Shown here: in pieces, positions 8,571 through 18,887 of the stretch
Layout: the number at the start of each line of letters is the position of its first letter
Position numbering within the stretch: the stretch's first letter is position 1
Origin: an uncultured Gammaproteobacteria bacterium
GTDB lineage: Bacteria > Pseudomonadota > Gammaproteobacteria > CAYGNG01
Assembly (NCBI GenBank): GCA_964351225.1
Contig: CAYGNG010000003.1
Location: 20,478-84,477 of the forward strand
Length of the DNA stretch: 64,000 bases
Direction of reading: 5' to 3'
Notes under the pieces: generated by a model
Database searches by the model: none
What the model was told of the DNA's origin: nothing
The model's input: the letters and a program-made list of their open reading frames with translations, nothing else
Translations under genes and position numbers: made by a program

Positions 8571-10756
8571 TCAGAAGAAACTTTTTTTTGCAGAATTTTA
8601 GACACCTCCGAAAGCAAGTTTTCGCGAGTAAAAGGCTTTGCAATAAAATACACATTGGCATCCTTAGTGTATTCTTGTTTCTCATGTATATCTGGATAGC
8701 CACTGGAAAAAAGCACTTTGGCTTGCGGCCTGATCTCTCTTATTCTATCAAATACTTTCAACCCACTCATGGTAGGTAATCGAATATCTAAAATTGTTAA
8801 ATCGATATCATCACCGTGCGACTCAAAATGTTTCCATCCTTCGTAGCCATCGGTCGCAGTCGAGATCCGTGCCCCTTTTTCTTCGAGAATGGTTCGCGCT
8901 ATTTCTCTGACCGCGCGCTCATCATCGATCACCAAGATATTGGCATCTATTTGCAGATTTTCAAAGGCTCTGACGGTATTCATCGCGGTTTTTGCCTTAA
9001 TTTCGGCATCCGCATAGGCTGGGAAATAGAGATGAAAAACTGTGCCACGGCCCTGGTGAGAATAGACCCGAATAGCGGCATTATGTGATTCCATGATGCC
9101 ATAAACTTGCGATAATCCAAGGCCGGTACCCTCTCTACCTTCTTTAGTAGTAAAGTAAGGATCAAAAATATTATCAATAATATCTTCTGGGATACCATCA
9201 CCGGTATCAATCACGCTAATTTGTACATAGTTACCAGGCTCCAACTTGCTATAATATTTTGCAAGCACTTCATCGAGAATGAAGTTTTGTGAAATGATGA
9301 CTATCTCACCACCATTTGGCATGGCATCTCTCGAATTAAAACCCAAATCGGCAAATACCTGCAAAATTTGCGAGCCATCACCACGGATCATCCAAAGATC
9401 ATCCGCAAGTTGCGCATGGACTTGGATGTTGTCATTTACATTTGCTACTAAAAAATTCCTTGCCTCACAAATGATTTCATTGATATTTAATAAATTTTTA
9501 TCCCGTGGCGAATTTGAAGAAAAATCGAGTAACAAATGCGTCAACTCACTTGCTCGATGGGCCGCTTCACTCATTTGTTCCAACGTTAATAGGGCTTTCT
9601 TTGGCAAACCACCCTGTTCTAAAAGTACACGCGATCCATGTAAAATCATATTTATCAATTCATTAAAATCATGCGATATCCCGCTGGCAAACACCCCGAT
9701 AGCGCCCAATTTTTTACTTCTGTCTAACTCTCGTTGTAATTTCACTTTTTCAGACTCAGCCACCTCTCGCTCTTCTATCTCTTGAACGAGAGATACATTC
9801 GCATAGGAAAGCTCTGCGGTTCGTTGATGGACAATTTTCTCAAGGTTGTCTCGGTGCATGCGCAAAGCCGCCTCTGCTATTTTCTTATCTTGTACTTCTT
9901 GACGAAGCTGCTCCGATTGAGAATGAATTGTCATAAAAAAACGCACAATTGTCAGAAAGAATAAAACCGTGGTTAAAAATAATAATATTCTAAAATTATT
10001 GGCTTGCTGGTTTTTAGCAAGATAATAACTGTCAAACGCCTGTTGAAATAAATACATTTCATTCATCAAATTTAATCGCAAAATTTCTTCACTTAACTTT
10101 TTTAGACTTGCATCATTTTCTTTCAGTAATAAAATTTGCTTTTCAAGCTCAACGAATGAAAATTTTTCCGCTTTGGTGAATTTTGCATATTTTTTCTGAA
10201 TATCCGTGAAAATAGTCGTTATCGGCTGCAGAGAAGCGGTGGGATGTTGTATATAGATTAAAGTGATATCAACCAGCTGATCCACCGCTTGCTTTAATTC
10301 CTTAGGCCACTGCCGACTGATTTCATCCTGATGAAGGTAATTCTCGAGGACGCTATCAATATGCGCCTTGGCCTGCACACTCTTGGTATTGAGCGCTAAA
10401 AAATCATGGACCATGATTTCTTTGTTGTTGAGGGTTGTTTCAATTTTTTTCAATGCGACTTTAACAGGCCCTGGGGAATCTTGCTTATTGTAAACAAGGT
10501 GGCGAATGGTTTTAAAAGAGTCACGCATCGCTTTGACGGCGTGATAAATGGACTCATGGGAATGTTGGGTATTATTATAAATTTTCAAAACGTGGGTATC
10601 TAAAACCGCCGCATTATAACCAAAACCAAACACTTCTTTGGTTATCCCTTGTTTAATATTGAATTGCGATTGCGATTTTACCAACAATATCACCAAAACG
10701 ACTGATATCAGCAGTGCAATAAGGATATCTTTTCGTTTTCGAGCTTTCATGTTCAA
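8567..10756 (-). CDS. Hybrid sensor histidine kinase/receiver with periplasmic DAHL-like domain
   Basis: Two TM helices, H-box SHDFN, N-box, DTGDGI, FTTK, GTGLGL, receiver with ILD; stop overlaps aroA ATG (ATGA). Confidence 0.9.
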   Translation of the reverse strand: MNMKARKRKDILIALLISVVLVILLVKSQSQFNIKQGITKEVFGFGYNAAVLDTHVLKIYNNTQHSHESIYHAVKAMRDSFKTIRHLVYNKQDSPGPVKVALKKIETTLNNKEIMVHDFLALNTKSVQAKAHIDSVLENYLHQDEISRQWPKELKQAVDQLVDITLIYIQHPTASLQPITTIFTDIQKKYAKFTKAEKFSFVELEKQILLLKENDASLKKLSEEILRLNLMNEMYLFQQAFDSYYLAKNQQANNFRILLFLTTVLFFLTIVRFFMTIHSQSEQLRQEVQDKKIAEAALRMHRDNLEKIVHQRTAELSYANVSLVQEIEEREVAESEKVKLQRELDRSKKLGAIGVFASGISHDFNELINMILHGSRVLLEQGGLPKKALLTLEQMSEAAHRASELTHLLLDFSSNSPRDKNLLNINEIICEARNFLVANVNDNIQVHAQLADDLWMIRGDGSQILQVFADLGFNSRDAMPNGGEIVIISQNFILDEVLAKYYSKLEPGNYVQISVIDTGDGIPEDIIDNIFDPYFTTKEGREGTGLGLSQVYGIMESHNAAIRVYSHQGRGTVFHLYFPAYADAEIKAKTAMNTVRAFENLQIDANILVIDDERAVREIARTILEEKGARISTATDGYEGWKHFESHGDDIDLTILDIRLPTMSGLKVFDRIREIRPQAKVLFSSGYPDIHEKQEYTKDANVYFIAKPFTRENLLSEVSKILQKKVSSE

Positions 10757-10855
10757 TTCCTATTGTATCGAAAAATTATATGTCGGATAGCCACGAAAAG
10801 GAAACCGCTAATAGATATAATCTGCAGATCGCGTTATCAATAGGCCCTAATCACC

Positions 10856-11488
10856 ATGAACTATTTTGATATCTCTCCTTTAATCGATTCAACGCTGGCC
10901 GTATTCCCTGGAGACACGCCTTTCCACCAACAATTCAGCAAACATTATAGTAAGGCAGATAATTACGCATTATCGTCTATTACCACAACTGTGCATATCG
11001 GAGCCCACACGGATGCGCCCCATCATTATCACCCCAATGGAACCACTATCGATAAAAGATCATTAGATTTTTATTACGGAAAAGCCCAAGTGATCCGGGT
11101 CAAAGCGAAACCGGCGCCTTATCGACTAACCCCTAGCGATATTGAAAATATTGCCATCACAGCGCCGCGCATTTTATTTCACACCGGCTCTTTCCCCGAT
11201 CCTTATCAGTGGCGAGACGATTTCACTGCCCTCTCCCCGGAATTAATTGATTTTCTGGCAACCCAACAGGTGAAACTCATTGGAATCGATACCCCATCAG
11301 TCGATCCAGCCAGTGATCCGGCATTATTATCTCACCATGCCATATTCAAACATGATATGGCGATTTTAGAAGGGATTGTATTAGAAACCGTGCCTGCAGG
11401 CTGTTATCATTTAGTGGCTTTGCCACTTCGGATCAAAGACGCAGACGCCTCACCGGTTCGAGCAATATTAATCGCGGAGAAATCATGA
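10856..11488 (+). CDS. kynB: Kynurenine formamidase (cyclase family)
   Basis: HIGAHTDAPHH metal motif, GIDTPSVD, DASPVRA; context. Confidence 0.88.
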   Translation: MNYFDISPLIDSTLAVFPGDTPFHQQFSKHYSKADNYALSSITTTVHIGAHTDAPHHYHPNGTTIDKRSLDFYYGKAQVIRVKAKPAPYRLTPSDIENIAITAPRILFHTGSFPDPYQWRDDFTALSPELIDFLATQQVKLIGIDTPSVDPASDPALLSHHAIFKHDMAILEGIVLETVPAGCYHLVALPLRIKDADASPVRAILIAEKS

Positions 11489-12270
11489 CAGAACGCACAC
11501 TTTCCCATAAAACAGCACTCGTTTGTGGTGCCACCAAAGGTATCGGTCATGCCACTGCTCAGGCACTCGCGACTCTAGGGGCCAGAGTCATCGTATTAGC
11601 ACGAGATCCCAGCGCTTGTGAAGCAATCGCGGCCCAGCTTCCAGGGGATCAAACACACTTGGCTATCCCTCTTGATTTAACACAACATAGCCACTTAGAA
11701 GAATCCATCCGTAGCGTGATCCAGCAACATGGACCGATTGAAATTTTAATTAACAATGCGGGTGGCCCCGCACCCGGCGCCATTCGTGATGCGAAAATCA
11801 GCGAGTTAATAACCGCATTTGAGCAACATTTGTTTGCTTGTATGCTGCTCGCACAATTACTGCTGCCTGGTATGGAGCAAAAAAAATATGGCCGCATCAT
11901 TAACATTATCTCGACTTCCGTCAAAGCGCCTATTCCAGGACTTGGCGTTTCTAACACCGTACGCTGGTCCGTCGCCGCCTGGGCAAAAACCTTATCCTGT
12001 GAAGTTGCCAATCTCGGTGTAACGGTCAATTCCGTGTTACCTGGAGCCACTGACACCGAACGGCTGTCACAATTAATTGCCAACCGTGCTCAAAAAACCG
12101 GAAAATCAATACCCGATATTGCAAACGCCATGCAAGCCGATATTCCAGCTGGACGCTTCGGTAAACCGGAAGAAATTGCTAACGTCATCGCATTTCTAGC
12201 AAGTCCTGCCGCCAGTTATGTTAATGGCTGTGCTATTCCTGTGGATGGCGGTAGAACACCATGCTATTAA
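11485..12270 (+). CDS. Atypical SDR oxidoreductase
   Basis: GATKGIG, NNAGG; SNTVR in place of YxxxK; overlaps kynB stop. Confidence 0.9.
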   Translation: MTERTLSHKTALVCGATKGIGHATAQALATLGARVIVLARDPSACEAIAAQLPGDQTHLAIPLDLTQHSHLEESIRSVIQQHGPIEILINNAGGPAPGAIRDAKISELITAFEQHLFACMLLAQLLLPGMEQKKYGRIINIISTSVKAPIPGLGVSNTVRWSVAAWAKTLSCEVANLGVTVNSVLPGATDTERLSQLIANRAQKTGKSIPDIANAMQADIPAGRFGKPEEIANVIAFLASPAASYVNGCAIPVDGGRTPCY

Positions 12271-12316
12271 AACCTGTTGCCGATTGCTTTTTCGGCTGCA
12301 AATTATCCGCAGGCCC
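12270..12316. repeat. Degenerate mini family-A repeat
   Basis: aaacctgttgccgattgctttttcggctgcaaattatccgcaggccc-TA, beginning in the SDR stop codon. Confidence 0.7.
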
Positions 12317-12336
12317 TAAGACTTGTGCTAAATACG

Positions 12337-14097
12337 CTATAATAGGTGAGCAAACTCATATTGCGCTAAGGCGATTTCTTGCGGCCTGATCACTCCGATA
12401 ATTTGCTCTAAGGGTGCGGTAAATTGAGTGTCTACCACAATCGCCAGCTCAGCCGCATGATGCTTCATGGCTCGCATAATCGCTGGCAAAAAATCTTCCT
12501 TGTCGACAAAAATAAATTGCGTTGAGAGTTTCCCCTCATTTGGATCCGCTCCGTGATGATTTACCAGATGGATGCCCACAATTTTTTGTTGATCCGCAAC
12601 TAAAGTCACGGGGTAGCATAAACGTTTCATGTTGGTTTTTTGATCGTGTTGCCATGCCGAGATGGTTTTAATTTCAAACTGCGTCGTCAATAAAAAACTG
12701 GCTTTTTCGGCAGATAACAATGCGGAAGTAAGCCCTTCTGGTAAAATCTTGCCGCGCCGCAAAATTTTTAAGGTATAAATGCTGTAATGGGATAAACTTT
12801 TCCTAACGGCGTAGGCAATAACCGCAACGAAAAATACCGGTAACATCGCCTCGGTCGCGCGAGTCATTTCAATCGTCATGATGATAGAAGTCAGTACCGC
12901 ACCGGTTGCCCCACTTATCATGCCCGCCATACCGGTGATAGCGAAGAATATCGGGCTAACGGGAAAATCTGGCATAATAGAATGACAAATCCAACCTACC
13001 GCACCCCCTAACGTGGCACCAATATACAATCCCGGCGAAAAAACACCACCAGAAGCACCAGAGCCAATGGTAAGGCCCGTTGCAATTAATTTCGCAAAGC
13101 ACAGCAATAATAAAAATTCAGGATGCCACAGCGTGCCACGCAAAATATCATCAACGGTGGCATAGCCAACACCCTCGATATAGTAATCGCCTGTGAAATG
13201 ATAGAAGGTATAAATAAGGACCCCTACCAGAAACATTCCAAAGCAATGACGAGTATAATAATTACCGGGTAATCTATCGAAAAAATCTTCAAACCAATAA
13301 ATCACATGAACATAAATAGTACTTACCAAGCCAAAAATAATTCCCGTTGGGATAAAAACCAATAAAGCCATAACTGGGATCAAATGGGTTTCCGAAATTT
13401 GTAACGTGGGCACATCAAATGCCGGCGCTAATCCCATGCAAGCACGACCAATATAGGTGGCTACCGTCGTGGCAATGCCCACCACTAACATGGACTCAGC
13501 TGAAATGGCAACCAACATTAATTCCACCGCGAATGCTAATGCCCCAATGGGGGTATTAAAAGTAGCGGCGATACCACCGGCGGCACCTGCGGCAATTAAG
13601 ATCACGCGCTGCCGCGCGGGAAGTGTCACCAATTTTCCTAATAATGAACCAAAAGCCGAGCCAATTTGCACAATGGGTCCCTCACGCCCAACAGAACCAC
13701 CAGAGCCAATTGAAATAGCCGAGGTGAGCGATTTCACCACCGCAACCCAACCTCGAATTTTGCCCTCATTGTGATAAATTGCATTCATCACTTCCGGAAC
13801 CCCATGACCCTTGGCTTCTGGAGCAAAATTTTTCACAAGATAGGTCACCAAGACCGCCCCCAGAACAGGGATGAAAATCAACCCAAGGCCCCATGGGGTC
13901 GGGCCACTGTGAATATTGGCATCGTATTCATAATCCCAGCGTCCAAGTAATAATAGGTTATGAAGAAACCCTATCATATAACGAAAAACCACCGCACCAA
14001 CACCCGATACAACACCAATTAAAAAAGCAAGTGCAGCCATCCGATATTGGCTGACATTGGTTTCGCCAGTGGTACCGAAGTGATAATAATTTTCCAT
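12337..14097 (-). CDS. ClC-family chloride channel/H+ antiporter
   Basis: GHGVPE, GREGP, GGVFSP signatures, many TM helices, degenerate C-terminal CBS-like tail. Confidence 0.92.
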   Translation of the reverse strand: MENYYHFGTTGETNVSQYRMAALAFLIGVVSGVGAVVFRYMIGFLHNLLLLGRWDYEYDANIHSGPTPWGLGLIFIPVLGAVLVTYLVKNFAPEAKGHGVPEVMNAIYHNEGKIRGWVAVVKSLTSAISIGSGGSVGREGPIVQIGSAFGSLLGKLVTLPARQRVILIAAGAAGGIAATFNTPIGALAFAVELMLVAISAESMLVVGIATTVATYIGRACMGLAPAFDVPTLQISETHLIPVMALLVFIPTGIIFGLVSTIYVHVIYWFEDFFDRLPGNYYTRHCFGMFLVGVLIYTFYHFTGDYYIEGVGYATVDDILRGTLWHPEFLLLLCFAKLIATGLTIGSGASGGVFSPGLYIGATLGGAVGWICHSIMPDFPVSPIFFAITGMAGMISGATGAVLTSIIMTIEMTRATEAMLPVFFVAVIAYAVRKSLSHYSIYTLKILRRGKILPEGLTSALLSAEKASFLLTTQFEIKTISAWQHDQKTNMKRLCYPVTLVADQQKIVGIHLVNHHGADPNEGKLSTQFIFVDKEDFLPAIMRAMKHHAAELAIVVDTQFTAPLEQIIGVIRPQEIALAQYEFAHLL

Positions 14098-14252
14098 ATT
14101 TTATCGCTACTTTCCTTAGTCTCTTAATACGATTATACCGATAAGCCGGTATAGAGCAATAATGGTAACCGCGCTGCCACGGTCTGTTTAGGATCAAGCG
14201 GTGGGGAGATGCCTTACTTGTATTATACCTCGCTGCACCGCAATAAAAATTA

Positions 14253-15623
14253 CTATGCTCTGCTGCGATATTCAGCCACCCGCTTGAAATATTGCTCGAT
14301 GCATGCTTCATGCCGCGCCCAATTGAGTTGTGACACCGTGGTTATCCCGTCAGCTAATGCCGCTAACAACGGTTGTTGTAATTCATTGGCAAACTGCGCA
14401 AAAGCATAATCCTCATGACGAAAAGCAATAATATGGTATTTGCCAAAGTATTGATCCGGGTAACGCTGCATCAACGCTTGCTCTATTTGTTTTTTTAATA
14501 GGAATTTTTCATTCGCCACCTGATCCCGCATTTCATAATAATTCTCTATCGCCATTGCAGCAATTGCATTGGTGTTACCTTGTCGCAAGGTATAATATTC
14601 TTCGAATATCGCTTGCCACGATAACTTGCTGGATTGACAATTTGCAATGAGGTCATTGAGTACTACGCAATCTTCAAATGCACAATTCATCCCTTGCCCA
14701 AGAAACGGAACAATGGCATGAGCCGAATCCCCGATAAGCAGTGCCTTATCTTCATAATACCAAGGCCCACCTTTGATGGTTACCATGGCCCCTGTCGGAT
14801 TATTAAAATAATCTTCAACACACTTTGGCATTAAATTTACGGCATCGGGAAACTGCTTCTGAAAAAAATCCGTGACTGATGCAGGATGATTAATATTTTC
14901 AAAACTAAGCTCGCCCTGCCTTGCCATAAACAAAGTGCAGGTAAAGCTCTTATCCGCGTTTGGCAGTGCTATCATCATGAAGTCATTGCGCGGCCAAATA
15001 TGTAAATAATTCTGCTGCAAGCGACATCCCAACTCCGGCGGAATGGCTAACTCTTTATAAGCATGTGGCAATTGCTCAACCGCAAACTGCATCAACCCCT
15101 GATTTTCTAAGGCGTAGCGCATTGCTGAAAATGCACCGTCAGCAGCAAAAACCAATTTTGCTTCAACATCAACGAATTGCTTATGGATTTCATCGCTAAA
15201 AGTTAAAACCGATCCATCAGGACGGTAATCTTTTAGCTTATGGCAAAACATAATCTTTACATTGGGATAACGCTGTGCTGCCGTCATTAATATTTTGTTT
15301 AACTCTGCTCGGGAAATTGAATTTTGGTGTTCGGAATCATTGCGGCCATAAGCTTGATACTCACAACGCCCATGCAAACCATGGATCATTCGTCCAAGCA
15401 TTGGGACTGCATGCGCCATCACTTCATCGGCAATCCCCCCCTGCTCCAACGCTTTAATGCCACGGCATGAAATCGCGAGATTAATTGAACGGCCTGCTAA
15501 AAACGGCACTTGTCGCATATCCGCATTACGCTCATAGATAGTAACATCAAGCCCACGCTTAGCTAAATATATCGCCAACAAAGATCCGGTCAACCCCGCT
15601 CCGATAATCACACACTCTGTCAT
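14253..15623 (-). CDS. kmo: Kynurenine 3-monooxygenase
   Basis: GAGLTG, GRSINLAIS, ADGAFS, HIWPR, GDSAHAIVPFLGQGMNCAFED. Confidence 0.95.
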   Translation of the reverse strand: MTECVIIGAGLTGSLLAIYLAKRGLDVTIYERNADMRQVPFLAGRSINLAISCRGIKALEQGGIADEVMAHAVPMLGRMIHGLHGRCEYQAYGRNDSEHQNSISRAELNKILMTAAQRYPNVKIMFCHKLKDYRPDGSVLTFSDEIHKQFVDVEAKLVFAADGAFSAMRYALENQGLMQFAVEQLPHAYKELAIPPELGCRLQQNYLHIWPRNDFMMIALPNADKSFTCTLFMARQGELSFENINHPASVTDFFQKQFPDAVNLMPKCVEDYFNNPTGAMVTIKGGPWYYEDKALLIGDSAHAIVPFLGQGMNCAFEDCVVLNDLIANCQSSKLSWQAIFEEYYTLRQGNTNAIAAMAIENYYEMRDQVANEKFLLKKQIEQALMQRYPDQYFGKYHIIAFRHEDYAFAQFANELQQPLLAALADGITTVSQLNWARHEACIEQYFKRVAEYRSRA

Positions 15624-16861
15624 AGTAATTCCTTGAGGATCTCAACAAAGCTAACTATATCTTGATAACGATTATATAAAGGCGTCGGTGCCACGCGGAT
15701 CACACCAGGCTTGCGATAGTCACAAACAACGCCATACCCTTCTAAAGCGGCAAGCGGATCGGGATGCTCGTTTGGCCATGTCAAAGATAGTTGACAACCC
15801 CGCTCATTCGCCTCTCGTGGCGTTAGGACTCTGACTTTACTTTCTGGCAACTGTCGAACACAATCATACAAAAATCCCGTTAACTTGATACTCTTCTCTC
15901 GTAATTTAGCCATAGCCGCTTGTTGGAATAATTCAATCGCAGCACGCAAAGCGGCCAATTGTAAAATAGGTGGATTACTCAACTGCCAACTCTCGGCGGT
16001 ACCAATAGCACGAAAATCTTTAGGCATAGTAAATCGTGATTGTTTATCGTGGCCCCACCAACCATTCAATCTCGGAATTGACTCATCTTGGCAATGCTTT
16101 TCATACACATAAGCGCCACCAATAGTTCCAGGACCACCATTAATATATTTGTAATGACACCACACAGCAAAATCAACTTGCCATTTATGCAACTGCAATA
16201 ATACATTACCCACCGCATGCGCCAAATCGAAACCCACCACACAACCCTGATCATGACCGGCTCGAGTAATGGCGGCCATATCAAACACTTGACCCGTGTA
16301 ATAATTAACCCCACCGAAAAGAATCAAAGCAATGTGTTCGCCTTCGGCCGCAATCCGATCAATGATATCTTCATGGCGAATATTATCCTCGCCAGGGCGA
16401 GCTTGTATTTCTATCAAACTATCTGCCACAGAATATCCATGCATCATAATTTGTGAGCACACGGCATAACGATCGGAAGGAAAGCTACCGTGTTCAATCA
16501 GAATTTTATGGCGTTTTTGAGTAGGGCGGTAAAATGAGATCATCAGTAAATGTAAATTCACTGTTAAGGCATTCATCGCAACCACTTCATGCGATTTTGC
16601 CCCAACAATTTCAGCAAGGCCATTGGCCACAAATTCATGATATGGCAACCACGGATACTTAGCATCCATATGCCCTTTTACCCCTAATTGTGCCCAGTCT
16701 TGTAAAGCTTGATTAACATATTCCGCTGTGCGCTTCGGCTGTAAACCCAGAGAATTCCCTGCAAAGTAAAGTGCCTCTTTTGAATTCAATATCGGAATAT
16801 GAAACTGACTGCGAAAATGCGCTAACGGATCTTCTCGATCTAATTGTTGTGCTTGCATCAT
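15620..16861 (-). CDS. kynU: Kynureninase
   Basis: GNSLGLQP, MNALTVNLHL, FDLAHAVGN, WCHYKYINGGPG, GWWGH. Confidence 0.96.
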   Translation of the reverse strand: MMQAQQLDREDPLAHFRSQFHIPILNSKEALYFAGNSLGLQPKRTAEYVNQALQDWAQLGVKGHMDAKYPWLPYHEFVANGLAEIVGAKSHEVVAMNALTVNLHLLMISFYRPTQKRHKILIEHGSFPSDRYAVCSQIMMHGYSVADSLIEIQARPGEDNIRHEDIIDRIAAEGEHIALILFGGVNYYTGQVFDMAAITRAGHDQGCVVGFDLAHAVGNVLLQLHKWQVDFAVWCHYKYINGGPGTIGGAYVYEKHCQDESIPRLNGWWGHDKQSRFTMPKDFRAIGTAESWQLSNPPILQLAALRAAIELFQQAAMAKLREKSIKLTGFLYDCVRQLPESKVRVLTPREANERGCQLSLTWPNEHPDPLAALEGYGVVCDYRKPGVIRVAPTPLYNRYQDIVSFVEILKELL

Positions 16862-17874
16862 ATGAAAGCTTCTCTATTTAATCCTAACCACTCTAAAGCG
16901 GTACCCGACAACAACCGGTTGCGATCACCAATGCTCAGTGACCCCATGCTATTAATCAAACCACCAGGCTCTAACTCGCCCAGGGGAAAAGGGTAATCAC
17001 TGCCTAATGCAATCCGCTGAACCCCGACTAAATCAATTAGGAACTGTAATGTCTGTTTATCATGCACCAAAGAATCAAATACCATTTGCGGCAAAAACTC
17101 TCTCGGATTGATATCATTATCAACCGCGCACAGATCGGGCCGCATCAAGAACCCATGTTCAATTCGCCCTAACGTCGCTGGAAACGCCCCACCGCCATGG
17201 GCAAACGCCAATCGCAAATTGGGTAACCGCTGCATGACACCGCCGAAAATAAGTGAACAGATTGCGCGCGCCGTCTCAGCCGGCATACCCACCAACCAAG
17301 GCAACCAATATGATTTCATATGCTCTCTACCCATCATCTCCCATGGATGAATAAAAATGCAGGCATTCAAATCTTGCGCGGCTTGAAAGAAATCAAATAG
17401 TCTTGGATCGCTCAAGTTAAGATTATTAACATTCGAACCGATTTGAACCCCTGGAAAACCAAGCACTCCGACACAGCGTTCTAACTCTCGAATAGCCAAG
17501 GCGGTATCTTGCAATGGCACGGTACCAAGCCCAACAAATTGTTTCGGGTGTTGTTGCACCACTTGCGCAATATGATCATTTAAGAATTCCGCTATGGCAA
17601 GACCATCTTGTGGCTTAACCCAATAACAAAACATAACCGGCACTGTCGATAACACCTGAACATCGACATCAAAATCTTCGCACTCTTGCAATCGCACCCT
17701 GGGATCCCAGCAGTTTGACTTTATCTGCCTGAAAAACTCACCACTGTCGCTTACCATATTTGCCCGTTTCGCACCACAGTGATCTAACTGAATAAACCCA
17801 CCATAGCCAAACTTTTCTTTAAAGTTAGGAATATGCTCTGGAAGAATGTGGGTGTGAATATCGATAGTAAGCAT
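16858..17874 (-). CDS. nbaD: 2-amino-3-carboxymuconate-6-semialdehyde decarboxylase (ACMSD)
   Basis: IDIHTHILP, FIHPW, WLPWLVGMP, HGGG, LGSDYPFPLGE; start placed at MLTID (track ORF starts 17922). Confidence 0.92.
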   Translation of the reverse strand: MLTIDIHTHILPEHIPNFKEKFGYGGFIQLDHCGAKRANMVSDSGEFFRQIKSNCWDPRVRLQECEDFDVDVQVLSTVPVMFCYWVKPQDGLAIAEFLNDHIAQVVQQHPKQFVGLGTVPLQDTALAIRELERCVGVLGFPGVQIGSNVNNLNLSDPRLFDFFQAAQDLNACIFIHPWEMMGREHMKSYWLPWLVGMPAETARAICSLIFGGVMQRLPNLRLAFAHGGGAFPATLGRIEHGFLMRPDLCAVDNDINPREFLPQMVFDSLVHDKQTLQFLIDLVGVQRIALGSDYPFPLGELEPGGLINSMGSLSIGDRNRLLSGTALEWLGLNREAFI

Positions 17875-17888
17875 ACGCCCTCGCTTTA

Positions 17889-18392
17889 TTATTTGCTCGC
17901 AACCAAACCACACACTCGGCAAGTAGAGCGCTCTGCATTAGAGTAAAAGCCATCCAATACCGGTGGCAAATCTTTCACAATATCACTGACATGCACATAC
18001 ACCTCATGTAATAATGTCTCGCAGTTTTGGCAATACCACTGGAAACCATCTCGCTCACAAGGTTGACGCTTTTTCTCAATCACCATACCCACGGTATTTT
18101 CCAATCGTTGGGGTGAATGCGGCACGGAGCCTGGCAATAAAAATATTTCACCTTGGCGGATCGACACATTTTTAAATTGCCCTTGCTCAACAATTTTGAG
18201 CTCCATATCACCCTCAATTTGGTAAAAAAATTCCTCTCCCACATTAACATGGTAATCCATCCGTTGATTGCGACCACCGACCAGCATCACGATAAATTCA
18301 CTGTCTTCCCACACGACTTTATTGTTGACTGGCGGTTGTAATAAATGGCGATTCAAAGCAAGCCATTGACGAAGATTAATCGGTGGCAACAT
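17889..18392 (-). CDS. nbaC: 3-hydroxyanthranilate 3,4-dioxygenase
   Basis: VGG-x-N-x-R-x-DYH, EEFFYQ, PHSPQR, two CxxC rubredoxin-like pairs. Confidence 0.96.
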   Translation of the reverse strand: MLPPINLRQWLALNRHLLQPPVNNKVVWEDSEFIVMLVGGRNQRMDYHVNVGEEFFYQIEGDMELKIVEQGQFKNVSIRQGEIFLLPGSVPHSPQRLENTVGMVIEKKRQPCERDGFQWYCQNCETLLHEVYVHVSDIVKDLPPVLDGFYSNAERSTCRVCGLVASK

Positions 18393-18401
18393 ATCCGTTC
18401 C

Positions 18402-18818
18402 TTAAATAACCGCAATGCATTTCAGCTCTATTGCGATAGGTGTTGGCAAACCGTTAATTCCTATGGTGGTACGCGTCGGTTGATTATCTTTAAAATATTC
18501 TGCATATATTTTATTGTAAACGGCAAAGTCGGCTTGCATATTCGTCAGAAAAACCGTCACATCCACCAATTGCAGCCAACTCGAACCGGCTTCTTGTAAA
18601 ATGGTTTTGACATTATCAAACACACTTCGGCATTGTGTGGCGATGTCATAACGAATGATTTTACCCTCAGCATCGAGCTCTACCCCGGGGATGGTGCTAT
18701 AGCCTTTTTGCCGCGGCCCAACCCCAGATAAAAACAATAAATTTCCCACACGCTTGGCATGAGGATACAAGCCAACCGGCTCTGGTGCTTGGCTTGAAAT
18801 AATAGATTGTGCAGACAT
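18402..18818 (-). CDS. RidA-family protein, probable 2-aminomuconate deaminase
   Basis: PVGLYPHAKRVGNLLFLSG, PTRTT, LPTPIAIELK; start at ATG 18818, as the longer track start lies inside a repeat. Confidence 0.85.
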   Translation of the reverse strand: MSAQSIISSQAPEPVGLYPHAKRVGNLLFLSGVGPRQKGYSTIPGVELDAEGKIIRYDIATQCRSVFDNVKTILQEAGSSWLQLVDVTVFLTNMQADFAVYNKIYAEYFKDNQPTRTTIGINGLPTPIAIELKCIAVI

Positions 18819-18840
18819 TTTTCGCTTCTCGTATTTTATA

Positions 18841-18886
18841 GGCCCTGTTGACAATTGCTTTTTCGGCTGCAAATGTCAACAAGCAC
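18841..18886. repeat. Mini family-A repeat (46 bp)
   Basis: TA-ggccctgttgacaattgctttttcggctgcaaatgtcaacaagcac, inside the catabolic operon. Confidence 0.85.
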
Positions 18887-18887
18887 T

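Noticed and set aside
18819-18872. N-terminal extension of the RidA protein
   Set aside because: Derives from the family-A repeat; ATG at 18818 gives normal length
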